A stretch of 64,000 nucleotides of DNA from Sedimentisphaerales bacterium (GTDB lineage: Bacteria; Planctomycetota; Phycisphaerae; Sedimentisphaerales; Anaerobacaceae), in contig OY970194.1 of assembly GCA_963708075.1 (NCBI GenBank), positions 32,001-96,000 of the forward strand, written 5' to 3'. The notes under the pieces are model-generated. The model was not told the origin of the DNA. It ran no database searches and saw only the letters and a program-made list of their open reading frames with translations. Both the position numbers and the translations under genes were made by a program. This document shows positions 41,303 through 50,933 of this stretch, piece by piece (positions within the stretch are counted from its first letter, which is position 1; each line of letters begins with the position of its first letter).

Positions 41303-43936
41303 ATGAAAGCTGCAAAGAAGACCCTGAACGCATCTCATCGCCCGGGCAACCTCCTTGGCGGGAACGGGACGCATTATTCCCGTCAGCTATTGGAACATGC
41401 GCGTGCCGATACAGATACCGTCCTGCAGGAGCTTGGATCGCGACTAACCGGCCTGAGCGAGGCCCAAGCCGATTTTCGCTTGAAACAGGTCGGGATGAAC
41501 GAGATTGCCCGAGAGAAGCATCCATCTGCCGTGATGCGCCTCTTGGCTAACACCAAGAATCCATTGGTCCTCCTGCTCCTGGCGCTGGGCGTGCTTTCAT
41601 TTCTAACCGGTGACCTGCAGGCCATGGTGGTCATTTTCGTGATGGTGGTTCTGGGGGTGGTGTTGCGTTTCTTCCAGGAAACGCGTGCCGATAACGCGGC
41701 CGAGAAGCTAAAAGCGATGGTCAGCAGCACGGCGGCATTGGTGCGAGGCGGTAAGGAGGAAGAAGTATCGCTCAAGATGTTAGTGCCTGGCGATATCATC
41801 CGGCTGGCAGCGGGTGATATGGTGCCGGCTGATGTACGGGTGCTTTCCGCCAAAGACTTGTTCCTGAATCAGGCGACCCTCACCGGCGAAGCCCTGCCCG
41901 TGGAAAAGAAAGCCGCCCCGGCGTCGGCAGACGTTCAGAATCCGCTCGATCTGCCCAACATCTGCTTCCTGGGCTCCAACGTGGAGAGCGGATCCGCGAC
42001 TGCCGTGGTCATCCAAACCGGAGGCCGCACCTACTTTGGCTCGCTGGCTGCCAGCATCGTCGGGCAGCGCCAACTCACCAGCTTCGACAAGGGCGTGAAC
42101 AAGTTCACCTGGCTGATGATCCGCTTCATCGCCGTAATGGTCCCGGCTGTCTTCCTGATCAACGGGCTGGGCAAGCACAACTGGCTGGAAGCTTTCCTGT
42201 TTGCCATGGCGGTGGCAGTCGGGCTGACCCCCGAGATGCTGCCCATGATTGTGACCGTCAACTTGTCCAAGGGCGCCCTCGCGATGGCGCGCAAGAGCGT
42301 GATCGTCAAACGCCTGAACGCCATCCAGAACTTCGGGGCGATGGATGTGCTGTGCACCGACAAGACCGGCACCCTCACCCAGGGCAAGATCGTGCTCGAA
42401 AAGTACCTGGACCCGCACGGCGACTCCAGCGAGAAGGTGCTGCACTACGGCTACCTGAACAGCTACCACCATACCGGGTTGAAGAACCTGCTCGACGAGG
42501 CCGTCCTCGCCCATGAGGAACTGGAAGAACGCCTGAAAGCGAACCAGGAGTACCGCAAGATCGACGAGATTCCTTTCGACTTTGTGCGTCGGCGCATGTC
42601 GGTGGTGGTGGAAGACAGAACCGGGTTGAACACGCTGATCTGCAAGGGTGCGGTGGATGAAGTGATGAGCCTGTGTACCCGGGTGGAAGTCACAGGGGAA
42701 GTCATCGAGGTTCTGCCCGAGCACGACGCCAAGCGCCGGCAGTTGGCGGACGATCTGAGCGGTCAGGGCTTTCGGGTAATCGCCCTGGCTTACAAGCAAA
42801 TGCCGGGCTCGTCTGATGAGCCGGTGTACTCGGTCCAGGATGAGTCGGACTTGATCCTGTTGGGTTTCCTGGCCTTCCTCGACCCGCCCAAGGACACCGC
42901 TACAGAGGCGTTGAATCGGCTTCACAGCCTGAACGTGGACGTCAAGGTCCTGACCGGGGATAATGAGATCATCACCGCCTACATCTGCAAGGAAGTGGGC
43001 ATACCGGTGGAGCATCTCCTGCTCGGCTCCCAGATCGAGACGATGAGCGAGACGGAATTGGCCGAAGCCGCCGGCGCGACCAGCGTCTTTGCCAGGCTGG
43101 CCCCGGCTCACAAGGAACACATCATCCGTGCGCTCCAGAGTAAAGGCCATGTGCTGGGGTTCATGGGCGACGGCATCAACGACGCCCCGGCCTTGAGGGC
43201 CGCCGATGTGGGCATCTCGGTGGACAGCGCGGTGGACATCGCCAAGGAGTCATCCGATCTCATCCTGCTGGAAAAAAGCCTGCTGGTACTGGAGCAGGGC
43301 GTGCTGGAGGGCCGGCGGGTGTTCGGCAACATTGTCAAGTACATCAAGATGGCGGCCAGCTCGAACTTCGGCAACATGTTCAGTGTCGTGGGGGCCAGCG
43401 CATTCCTGCCTTTCCTGCCCATGCTGCCAATCCAGGTGCTGACCAACAACCTCCTGTACGACTTCTCGCAGACCACCATCCCGACTGACGAGGTGGACGC
43501 CGAGTGGCTGACCAAGCCGCGCAAGTGGTCGATTGGCAATATCCTGCGATTTATTCTGTTTATCGGGCCGATCAGCTCGATCTTTGATTACGTGACGTTC
43601 TTCACGATGCTGTACGTTTTCAACTGCCGGCATAACCCGGCTCTGTTCCACACCGGCTGGTTCGTGGAGTCGCTCTTCACCCAGACGTTGATCATCCATG
43701 TCATACGCACCAACAAGATCCCGTTGATCGAAAGCCGGGCGAGTTGGCCGCTAATCCTCACTTCCGCAATCATCGTCCTGGTCGGCGCCGCCCTGACGGT
43801 TTCACCTCTGGCGAACACGCTCGGCTTTGTCCCACTCCCGTCGCTGTACTGGCTGTTTTTGGTCATCATGCTGCTGGGCTATGCGATTCTGACACAGGTG
43901 GTGAAAACCCGGTTTACTCGCAGGTTTGGCGAATGA
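41303..43936 (+). CDS. mgtA: Mg2+-importing P-type ATPase
   Basis: LTGE, AVAVGLTPEMLPMIV, QNFGAMDVLCTDKTGTLT, DEIPFDF.RRRMSV, MGDGINDAP, ASSNFGN.FS, NLLYD.SQ. Confidence 0.95.
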   Translation: MKAAKKTLNASHRPGNLLGGNGTHYSRQLLEHARADTDTVLQELGSRLTGLSEAQADFRLKQVGMNEIAREKHPSAVMRLLANTKNPLVLLLLALGVLSFLTGDLQAMVVIFVMVVLGVVLRFFQETRADNAAEKLKAMVSSTAALVRGGKEEEVSLKMLVPGDIIRLAAGDMVPADVRVLSAKDLFLNQATLTGEALPVEKKAAPASADVQNPLDLPNICFLGSNVESGSATAVVIQTGGRTYFGSLAASIVGQRQLTSFDKGVNKFTWLMIRFIAVMVPAVFLINGLGKHNWLEAFLFAMAVAVGLTPEMLPMIVTVNLSKGALAMARKSVIVKRLNAIQNFGAMDVLCTDKTGTLTQGKIVLEKYLDPHGDSSEKVLHYGYLNSYHHTGLKNLLDEAVLAHEELEERLKANQEYRKIDEIPFDFVRRRMSVVVEDRTGLNTLICKGAVDEVMSLCTRVEVTGEVIEVLPEHDAKRRQLADDLSGQGFRVIALAYKQMPGSSDEPVYSVQDESDLILLGFLAFLDPPKDTATEALNRLHSLNVDVKVLTGDNEIITAYICKEVGIPVEHLLLGSQIETMSETELAEAAGATSVFARLAPAHKEHIIRALQSKGHVLGFMGDGINDAPALRAADVGISVDSAVDIAKESSDLILLEKSLLVLEQGVLEGRRVFGNIVKYIKMAASSNFGNMFSVVGASAFLPFLPMLPIQVLTNNLLYDFSQTTIPTDEVDAEWLTKPRKWSIGNILRFILFIGPISSIFDYVTFFTMLYVFNCRHNPALFHTGWFVESLFTQTLIIHVIRTNKIPLIESRASWPLILTSAIIVLVGAALTVSPLANTLGFVPLPSLYWLFLVIMLLGYAILTQVVKTRFTRRFGE

Positions 43937-44005
43937 GGGCGGTGACGCGGAGCATGCATTCATGAAGCAAGAAATCACGATAGGACATTCCATGGAGGTG
44001 GTAAG

Positions 44006-45487
44006 ATGACGGATGTGGGGGACAGACAACACCGCTCTATCCTGCAAAGAATTGCCCATCGGGTGATGCTTGAAAGAGGACTTGCTCCGGATTTTCCACT
44101 CCAGGCACTCGCCGAGCTCGACAAAATCCACGGGCCAGCGAAGCGAGTTGAGGAATCGACACGTGATCTCAGGGACCTTCTCTGGTGCTCCATCGACAAC
44201 GAGGATTCGCGAGATCTGGACCAGCTTACCGTCGCCGAAGCCATGCCCGACGGGGCCACAAAGGTCCTTGTCGCCATTGCCGATGTAGACGCGGTTGTCA
44301 AGAAGCGATCGACCCTCGATGATCACGCGCGGCACAACACCACTTCAGTCTACACTGTGGCCGAGACGTTTCCGATGCTGCCCGAGAAACTCTCGACCGA
44401 TCTTACCTCGCTCAACTACGAATCAGACCGCCTGGCCATCGTTGTTGAAATGGTTCTCGCCGCGAATGGATCGCTTCAGCGTTCGGACCTTTATCAAGCG
44501 GTGGTGCATAATCGTGCAAAGCTTGCCTACAACAGCGTTGCCGGCTGGCTGGAGGGTAACGGGCCGCGGCCGCAAGGGATTGGCATGGTTCGCGGTCTCG
44601 ACGAGAACCTTCGACTCCAGGACCTCGCGGCCCAGAAACTGAAAGCGATGCGGCACCTGCACGGTGCACTCCATCTCGAAACGATAGAAGCACGCCCGGT
44701 GTTTGACGGAGACGAGCTCAAGGACTTCGCGGCCGAAACAGGGGACAGGGCCAAGGACATCATTGAGGACTTCATGATCGCCGCGAATGGCGTTACCGCA
44801 CGATACCTTGCGTCCAGAGATGTCCCATCGCTGCGGCGTATTGTCCGCACACCCAAACGCTGGGACCGGATCATCGAGCTTGCCTCAGAGCGGGGCTTCA
44901 CGCTTCCCAAGGAGCCCGACTCAAAGGCCCTGGAGCAGTTCCTGGTATCGGCAAAGACCGCTGATTCTCTCCGTTTTCCCGATCTCTCTCTCAGCGTCAT
45001 CAAGCTGTTGGGTAGCGGCGAATACGTCGTCGAACTTCCGGAAAGCAGTGCCGCCGGGCACTTTGGTCTTGCGGTCAGGGATTACACACACTCCACAGCC
45101 CCCAACCGCAGATACCCCGATCTGATCACACAGCGGTTGCTGAAAGCCGCGATGACGGAACGGTCCCGGCCCTATGAGACCGCAGAATTGGAGATGCTTG
45201 CAAAGCACTGCACCGAAGAAGAGGACGCCGCGAAGAAGGTCGAACGACAGGTTGAGAAATCCGCAGCGGCAATGCTGCTCGAATCGAGAACTGGAGAACG
45301 GTTCGATGCCGTTGTCACCGGCGCATCCGACAAAGGCACGTGGGTCCGCCTTCTGCATCCGCCCGTGGAAGGAAGACTGGTGAGGGGTTTTGAAGGCATG
45401 GACGTCGGCCACAGGCTCAGCGTGCAACTGATCCGCACGGATGTGGATCGCGGATACATCGACTTCAAGAGGCAAGGGGTACAATAA
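44006..45487 (+). CDS. RNB-domain exoribonuclease (RNase II/R family, short form)
   Basis: SIDNEDSRDLDQ, AIADV, IEDFMI.AN, HFGLA...Y.HSTAPNRRYPDL..QR. Confidence 0.92.
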   Translation: MTDVGDRQHRSILQRIAHRVMLERGLAPDFPLQALAELDKIHGPAKRVEESTRDLRDLLWCSIDNEDSRDLDQLTVAEAMPDGATKVLVAIADVDAVVKKRSTLDDHARHNTTSVYTVAETFPMLPEKLSTDLTSLNYESDRLAIVVEMVLAANGSLQRSDLYQAVVHNRAKLAYNSVAGWLEGNGPRPQGIGMVRGLDENLRLQDLAAQKLKAMRHLHGALHLETIEARPVFDGDELKDFAAETGDRAKDIIEDFMIAANGVTARYLASRDVPSLRRIVRTPKRWDRIIELASERGFTLPKEPDSKALEQFLVSAKTADSLRFPDLSLSVIKLLGSGEYVVELPESSAAGHFGLAVRDYTHSTAPNRRYPDLITQRLLKAAMTERSRPYETAELEMLAKHCTEEEDAAKKVERQVEKSAAAMLLESRTGERFDAVVTGASDKGTWVRLLHPPVEGRLVRGFEGMDVGHRLSVQLIRTDVDRGYIDFKRQGVQ

Positions 45488-45583
45488 GAGACAGGCGTGC
45501 CTTCAAACCGCACATCGACCACCACCTCGCGGGCACTGAGACTGTCGGGACATGGACCTTACGTCAGTTTCTGGCCTACTGGA

Positions 45584-45630
45584 AGGTAGGGTTATACCCC
45601 ATAAACAAGGGCCAGCCCATGGCGTATCAT
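45584..45630 (+). promoter_or_regulatory. Regulon promoter copy upstream of the general stress protein-SPFH-radical SAM operon
   Basis: AGGTAGGGTTATACCCCATA-N15-ATGGCG-TATCAT. Confidence 0.8.
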
Positions 45631-45746
45631 ACATCCGATGCCGGCTTGTACGGGAACCATACAGGGTTGACGGAGTCTTCCCCGCTGGAAGCTCCCGATG
45701 AGGCCTGAGCCAAACACGTGAAGACAGTGAATAGGAGATGCACATC

Positions 45747-46286
45747 ATGTCAAAGCAGAATTCGACCGTAGCGATTTTCAGTGACCACACAGGGGCCGAG
45801 CATGCCGTCAAGGAACTCCAGAAGGCCGGCTTTGACATTAAGAAGCTGTCCCTCGTAGGCAAAGACTACCACTCGGATGAGCACGTGGTGGGATACTACA
45901 ACACGGGTGACCGCATCAGGTACTGGGGCAAGCTGGGCGCATTCTGGGGCGGCTTCTGGGGCTTGCTCTTCGGGTCGGCCTTCTTTTTCATTCCCGGAAT
46001 CGGCCCGATCGTTGTAGGCGGTCCGATCGTATCGTGGATCATCGGTGCCCTGCAAGGGGCCGCCATTGTCGGGGGTATCAGCGCTGTTGGCGCGGCACTG
46101 TACAGCATTGGCATTCCCAAAGACAGCGTGCTCAAATATGAGACCTCTCTCAAGGCGAACAAGTTTCTTCTGGTCGTTCACGGAACCGCTGACGAAGTGG
46201 AAGGAGCCAGCGGTATCCTGCAGGGTACGGACGCGATCGAGACAACGGTTCACAGGGTCGAAGAACTGGCAACGACAGCGCCCTAA
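45747..46286 (+). CDS. General stress membrane protein (YflT/glycine-zipper type)
   Basis: AE.AV..L...GF....LS..G, WG..GAFWGG.WGLL.G, IPG.GP....GP, GIP.....YE. Confidence 0.8.
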   Translation: MSKQNSTVAIFSDHTGAEHAVKELQKAGFDIKKLSLVGKDYHSDEHVVGYYNTGDRIRYWGKLGAFWGGFWGLLFGSAFFFIPGIGPIVVGGPIVSWIIGALQGAAIVGGISAVGAALYSIGIPKDSVLKYETSLKANKFLLVVHGTADEVEGASGILQGTDAIETTVHRVEELATTAP

Positions 46287-46378
46287 GACCGGAATCGCAG
46301 AGCGCCCTTGTTCAAGGGCACACTTGATGTCGTCGAACCTTGACAGTGCGGCAAGATGAGCGGTGAAAGGGGGATCCT

Positions 46379-47269
46379 GTGGATCCGATCACGGTTGCTG
46401 TGTTTGTTGTAGTTGCGGTGGTGGTGGTCATTTTTCTCTCGGGCATAAGGGTAGTCCGTCCCACCCACAGGGGCCTTATTGAGAGACTCGGCAGGTACAG
46501 GCATTTTGCGGCACCGGGTTTCAACTGGATCATTCCTCTTGTTGACAGGATGATTCAGATCAACACTACGGAGCAGATGGTGGACGCCCAGCCACAAGAG
46601 ATCATCACCAACGACAATCTCAATGCGAGCGTGGATGCCCAGGTCTATTTCAAGGTCAAGGATGACGAGGACAGCGTCAAGAGTTGCCAATACAATGTCA
46701 ACAACTACCAGTTTCAGATTGTCAACCTCGCCCGCACCACACTACGCAACATCATCGGCACGCTGACGCTGAAATCGGCCAACAGCGAGAGAGACAAGAT
46801 CAACACCTCACTTCTGGAGACGTTGACCAGGGAAACCAAGCACTGGGGAATGGAGATCGTCCGGACGGAGCTGAAGGAGATCGACCCTCCCAAGGACGTC
46901 CAGGAGACCATGAACAAGGTGGTCAAGGCGGAAAATGAGAAGGTCGCGGCCCTGGATTTTGCCGATGCGGTGGAGCGGCAGGCAGATGGAGTCAAGAGAG
47001 CGGAAATCAAGAAGGCCGAAGGGATCAAGCAGGCCAAGATTCTTGCGGCCGAGGGCGAGGCCGAGGCCATAAAGCTCGTCAACGAGGCGGCAGACAAGTT
47101 CTTTACCGGCAACGCACAGCTTCTTCGAAAGCTCGAGGCCGTTGAGAAATCCCTGAGCAGAAACGCAAAAATCGTCATTCCTTCTGGTTCTGAACTCGTC
47201 AATGTGATCGGAGAAATGGCCGGCGTCTTGCCGCTGACGGACAGAGTAACGCCCATGCAGCGAAAGTAA
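46379..47269 (+). CDS. SPFH/band 7 (HflC/QmcA-like) protein
   Basis: N-terminal TM helix, ERLG.Y, Q.IIT.DN, TTLRN.IG..TL, I.PP..VQ..M, AEGEA.AI. Confidence 0.9.
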   Translation: MDPITVAVFVVVAVVVVIFLSGIRVVRPTHRGLIERLGRYRHFAAPGFNWIIPLVDRMIQINTTEQMVDAQPQEIITNDNLNASVDAQVYFKVKDDEDSVKSCQYNVNNYQFQIVNLARTTLRNIIGTLTLKSANSERDKINTSLLETLTRETKHWGMEIVRTELKEIDPPKDVQETMNKVVKAENEKVAALDFADAVERQADGVKRAEIKKAEGIKQAKILAAEGEAEAIKLVNEAADKFFTGNAQLLRKLEAVEKSLSRNAKIVIPSGSELVNVIGEMAGVLPLTDRVTPMQRK

Positions 47270-47293
47270 CTGCTGAGAAGGGAGGAATCTCGG

Positions 47294-48774
47294 ATGAATG
47301 TCCTTTTGATCTACCCCGAGTTCCCGGATACGTTTTGGAGCTTCAAGCACGCGCTGGAGTTCGTGGGCAAGCGGGCGGTGCTGCCGCCGCTGGGGCTTTT
47401 GACCGTGGCGTCCATGCTGCCGCGGGAATGGTCGCAACGGCTCGTGGACACCAACGTCCGGCGTCTGACGAAAAAGGACCTGGCCTGGGCCGACTGCGCG
47501 TTCATCAGCGCCATGGTTGTCCAGCGTGAATCTGCGCATCGGGTTATTGCCCGATGCAAGGAGGCAGGTCTGCCGGATCGTGGCGGGCGGTCCGCTGTTC
47601 CAGATCGAACACGAGAAGTTCGAGGCCGTGGATCATTTCATCTTGAACGAGGCCGAATTGACGCTTCCGGCCTTTCTCAAAGACCTGGCGCAAGGCAACC
47701 CGGAGCGGATCTATTCGTCCGTCGAGCACGCGGATGTGCGGCAAACGCCTCCGCCTATGTGGGAACTGCTTGACCTCAGACGATATGCCAGCATGAGCAT
47801 CCAGTTCTCTCGCGGCTGCCCCTTCAACTGCGATTTCTGCAATGTCACGGCTCTGCTCGGCCATCGTGTGCGCACCAAAACCTCCCAGCAGGTTATCGCT
47901 GAACTCGACAGCCTTTACGCTTGCGGCTGGCGCGACGAGATCTTCTTCGTGGACGACAACTTCATCGGAAACAAGCAATTCCTGAAGAACGATCTCCTGC
48001 CGGCCCTCATCGAATGGCGCAAGGGCAAGACCGGAATCCTCTTCTTCACGGAAGCCTCCATCAATCTGGCGGATGACCAACTATTGATGGAGATGATGGT
48101 GGAGGCCGGATTCAACCGGGTCTTCATCGGCATCGAGACCCCGGACGAGGAGTGCCTGGCCGAGTGCAGCAAGATCCAAAACAGGAACCGAAACCTCGTG
48201 GAAGACGTGAAGCGCATCCAGCGAGCCGGGCTTCAGGTGCTGGGCGGATTCATCGTCGGCTTCGACCACGATCGGCCCTCCATCTTCCAGAGGCAGATTG
48301 ACTTCATCCAGAAGAGCGGCATTGCGACCGCCATGGTCGGCTTGCTGCAAGCCCCTCCCGGAACGCGGCTGTATGAGCGGATGAAAAAGGAAGGCCGTCT
48401 TCGCGGGGACCCGACGGGAGACAACGTCGACGGCACCACGAACATCATCCCGGCGATGAGCCTGGAGGCTCTGAAGGAAGGCTACAAAGGAATTCTGCAG
48501 CACATCTATTCCCCGGAACACTACTACCGGCGCATCCGGACCTTTCTCCGAGAATACCAGCCACCCCGAGTACGAGGACGGATCCGGTTCTCGCACATCC
48601 TTGCGCTCGCTGCGGTCGTTCTATCGACTCGGCCTTGTGGGCCAGGGGCGGTTACACTACTGGAAGCTCCTGCTTTGGACCCAGTTCCGGCGCCCCCGGC
48701 TCATTCCCGAGGCCGTCATGCTCGCGATCTGTGGCCATCATTTTCGCAAGGTCTGCGAACGGCGAGTGAAGTAA
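47294..48774 (+). CDS. B12-binding radical SAM protein (DUF4070 type), frameshifts near 47570 and 48610
   Basis: YP.FPDTFWSF, PPLGL.TVA; SRGCPFNCDFC (CxxxCxxC); VDDNFIG, FIGIETP, GFIVGFD.D; tail ..HHFRK..VK* in another frame. Confidence 0.88.
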
Positions 48775-48811
48775 CGCCGCCGGCAGAAAGGAACGACAAA
48801 GGAGAAAATCG

Positions 48812-49237
48812 ATGAAGACAAGAGTGGGTTTGTGGATTGACCATCGGAAGGCGATTGTCGTGGCTATCACGGACAAAGGGGAAGAAACACGATTGATCAT
48901 ATCGAAGGTGGAAAGACAGCTCCGCCGCTCTGGGGATTCACCTCTGGAGGGAGCCTATGACAAAGCGCAAGCACCGGCACGCAATAGCCGCCAGAGAACG
49001 CTTACGGCCCATCTCAACATTTACTATGATGCGGTCATTGCGTGCATTCGTGATGCCGAATCCATTCTGATATTTGGCCCTGGTGAGGCCAAGGGCGAAC
49101 TGAAAAAGCGGCTCAAAAAAAGCAACCTCAATGGACGCATCGTGGGCATGGAGACCGTTGACAAGATGACGGATCATCAAGTTGCGGCGAAAGTCCGACA
49201 GCATTTCCAGGACACCAGCGGTCCGCGTCGGACTTGA
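48812..49237 (+). CDS. eRF1/Dom34-domain-like (baeRF/host-attachment-type) protein
   Basis: G.WIDH.KA, YY..V...I..A..ILI.GPGEAK.EL.K.L, ET.DK.T..Q..A.VR..F. Confidence 0.75.
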   Translation: MKTRVGLWIDHRKAIVVAITDKGEETRLIISKVERQLRRSGDSPLEGAYDKAQAPARNSRQRTLTAHLNIYYDAVIACIRDAESILIFGPGEAKGELKKRLKKSNLNGRIVGMETVDKMTDHQVAAKVRQHFQDTSGPRRT

Positions 49238-49302
49238 GATGGCGAACGAGCAGGACTTCGCAGCGGGCAAGTCTGTTTCCGGGCAGTAGGTCCAATGATT
49301 GC

Positions 49303-49349
49303 GGGTAGGGTTATACCCCATAGAGAAGGCCCCACCCATGCAGTACCAT
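49303..49349 (+). promoter_or_regulatory. Regulon promoter copy upstream of the second small protein gene
   Basis: GGGTAGGGTTATACCCCATA-N15-ATGCAG-TACCAT. Confidence 0.8.
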
Positions 49350-49525
49350 GTCTTCATGGGCATATCTAAGAATGTAGCAACAGAAAGAAACCGGCGTGAG
49401 GAGCGCAAAGAAGCAAATGACCATGGAGGGGGGGGCACCAGCCGGCAGGCTAAGGGATCGCCACTGGCTGGTGCATCCATGCGTTAACCGGTGGTGAACT
49501 CATGGCTAATCGAAAGCTGAATCAT

Positions 49526-49675
49526 ATGTGGTGGACAGTCGCTGTAATAATGATCATTCTGTGGCTGCCGGGACTGCTCAGCGGGTACACGGCAGCAGGG
49601 GTAACTCACATCCTGCTGTCGCTTGCCCTTGTCGTGGTGCTATTCCGGATAATGCAGGGGCGACGACCGGCGTAA
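49526..49675 (+). CDS. lmo0937/DUF5670-family small membrane protein (49 aa)
   Basis: MWWTVAVIMIILWLPGLLSGYTAAGVTHILLSLALVVVLFRIMQGRRPA; below the ORF-track size cut-off. Confidence 0.8.
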   Translation: MWWTVAVIMIILWLPGLLSGYTAAGVTHILLSLALVVVLFRIMQGRRPA

Positions 49676-49867
49676 GAGGTGGTCAGGCGGCAGCGCGCGT
49701 CATAACGAAAATGCGACACAAGAAGGAAAGGACAATGGCTATGCTCTATGTTTCACACTTTCGCCGCCGTGTTGATTTTGGGCCCACGAAGGCATTCGGA
49801 CGGCCCGCAGGATGTTGGGGGATTGGACCGCGAACCAGACATTTGGACAATAAGCTAAGAGGTAATC

Positions 49868-50164
49868 ATGGCAACGATAGCCGCAGTTACGGAGCTTCAA
49901 CCTACAGATCGCCGTAGATCCCAGAGTGCAGGTCACGACCAGGGGCGTGATACCTCGCCGACTTGCGATGCATTGCTGGAGCACATCCTTGAGAACATGA
50001 ATACCACGCCTCAGGAGGAGGCGTTGAGAAGGATCACATCTCTTCCCGACATCCGACGAGACAAGGTGCTGGACATCCGCCGTCAGCTTACGGAGGGGAC
50101 CTACGAAGTGGCGGATCGGCTGGATGAGGCGATAGATCGGGTACTGGAGGCGATCACCACCTGA
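49868..50164 (+). CDS. FlgM-like (anti-sigma-28 C-terminal motif) protein
   Basis: LPDIR.DKV..IR.Q...GTY.V...L..A. Confidence 0.6.
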   Translation: MATIAAVTELQPTDRRRSQSAGHDQGRDTSPTCDALLEHILENMNTTPQEEALRRITSLPDIRRDKVLDIRRQLTEGTYEVADRLDEAIDRVLEAITT

Positions 50165-50276
50165 TCGCTCAGGCATTCCTACTGTTGGCACGACGATTCC
50201 GACGCCTGCAATCATGTGGTGCTGCTTGTCAGGCGTTGCGAATAGGAAACCGCGGAATGTTGTGAGGGATCGACCC

Positions 50277-50714
50277 ATGAAGCTCCCAGCCATTTGCCTG
50301 ATTGTTCTCGTACCCGCCTGGTTTGCCGTAGCGTCGGCACAGGCGGCAGCCATGGCCCCCAACGGCATCGAGCGACTGCTGGACGCCATTGCCCGTATCG
50401 AGAGCCGCTGTGACCCCAATGCGGTCGGCGATGGCGGCAGAGCTCTCGGTGCCTACCAGATTCACCGTGTCTACTGGGAGGACGGCACGGAACTCCTGGG
50501 TGTCGATTGGCCTCATCGGGACGCGACTGACCCGAAAAAGGCTCGGCGGGTAGTGAAGGCCTACTTGCTCCACTATGGCAACGGCAAGAGCCTCATCGAG
50601 ATGGCCCGCATTCACAACGGCGGGCCGTGCGGTCACAAGAAGAAGGCCACCGTGTGCTACGCGAGGAAGATCCTGGCTGACGGAAGTCTGCTGCCGGGAT
50701 TACACGCTCCATAG
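50277..50714 (+). CDS. Secreted lysozyme-like (transglycosylase/destabilase-like) protein
   Basis: Signal peptide; LDAI..IES, A.GD.G.A.G.YQI...YW.D, ARIHNGGP. Confidence 0.7.
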   Translation: MKLPAICLIVLVPAWFAVASAQAAAMAPNGIERLLDAIARIESRCDPNAVGDGGRALGAYQIHRVYWEDGTELLGVDWPHRDATDPKKARRVVKAYLLHYGNGKSLIEMARIHNGGPCGHKKKATVCYARKILADGSLLPGLHAP

Positions 50715-50933
50715 TCGCTGAATCTCCTCATCCACTGAGGCCTGTTAGCGTGTTTGCCTCTTTGGGTCTGGCACGCCTTCGAAACAAAGGTGCTTGATGA
50801 ACCGGGAGTTTACGCCTCTTGTCAGCAGTGGTTTCGGGACAGCCTGTTTGGGCCTCCCACGGCGGCGAAGAAGATCGACATTCCAGCATACGCACAATTC
50901 CTGAAACGAGGAACAAGCAAGAAAGGACCTGTC

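Noticed and set aside
50186..50200. Sigma54-like TGGCACG-N4-TTCC
   Set aside because: The -12 element lacks the conserved GC and no enhancer-binding protein is in the window
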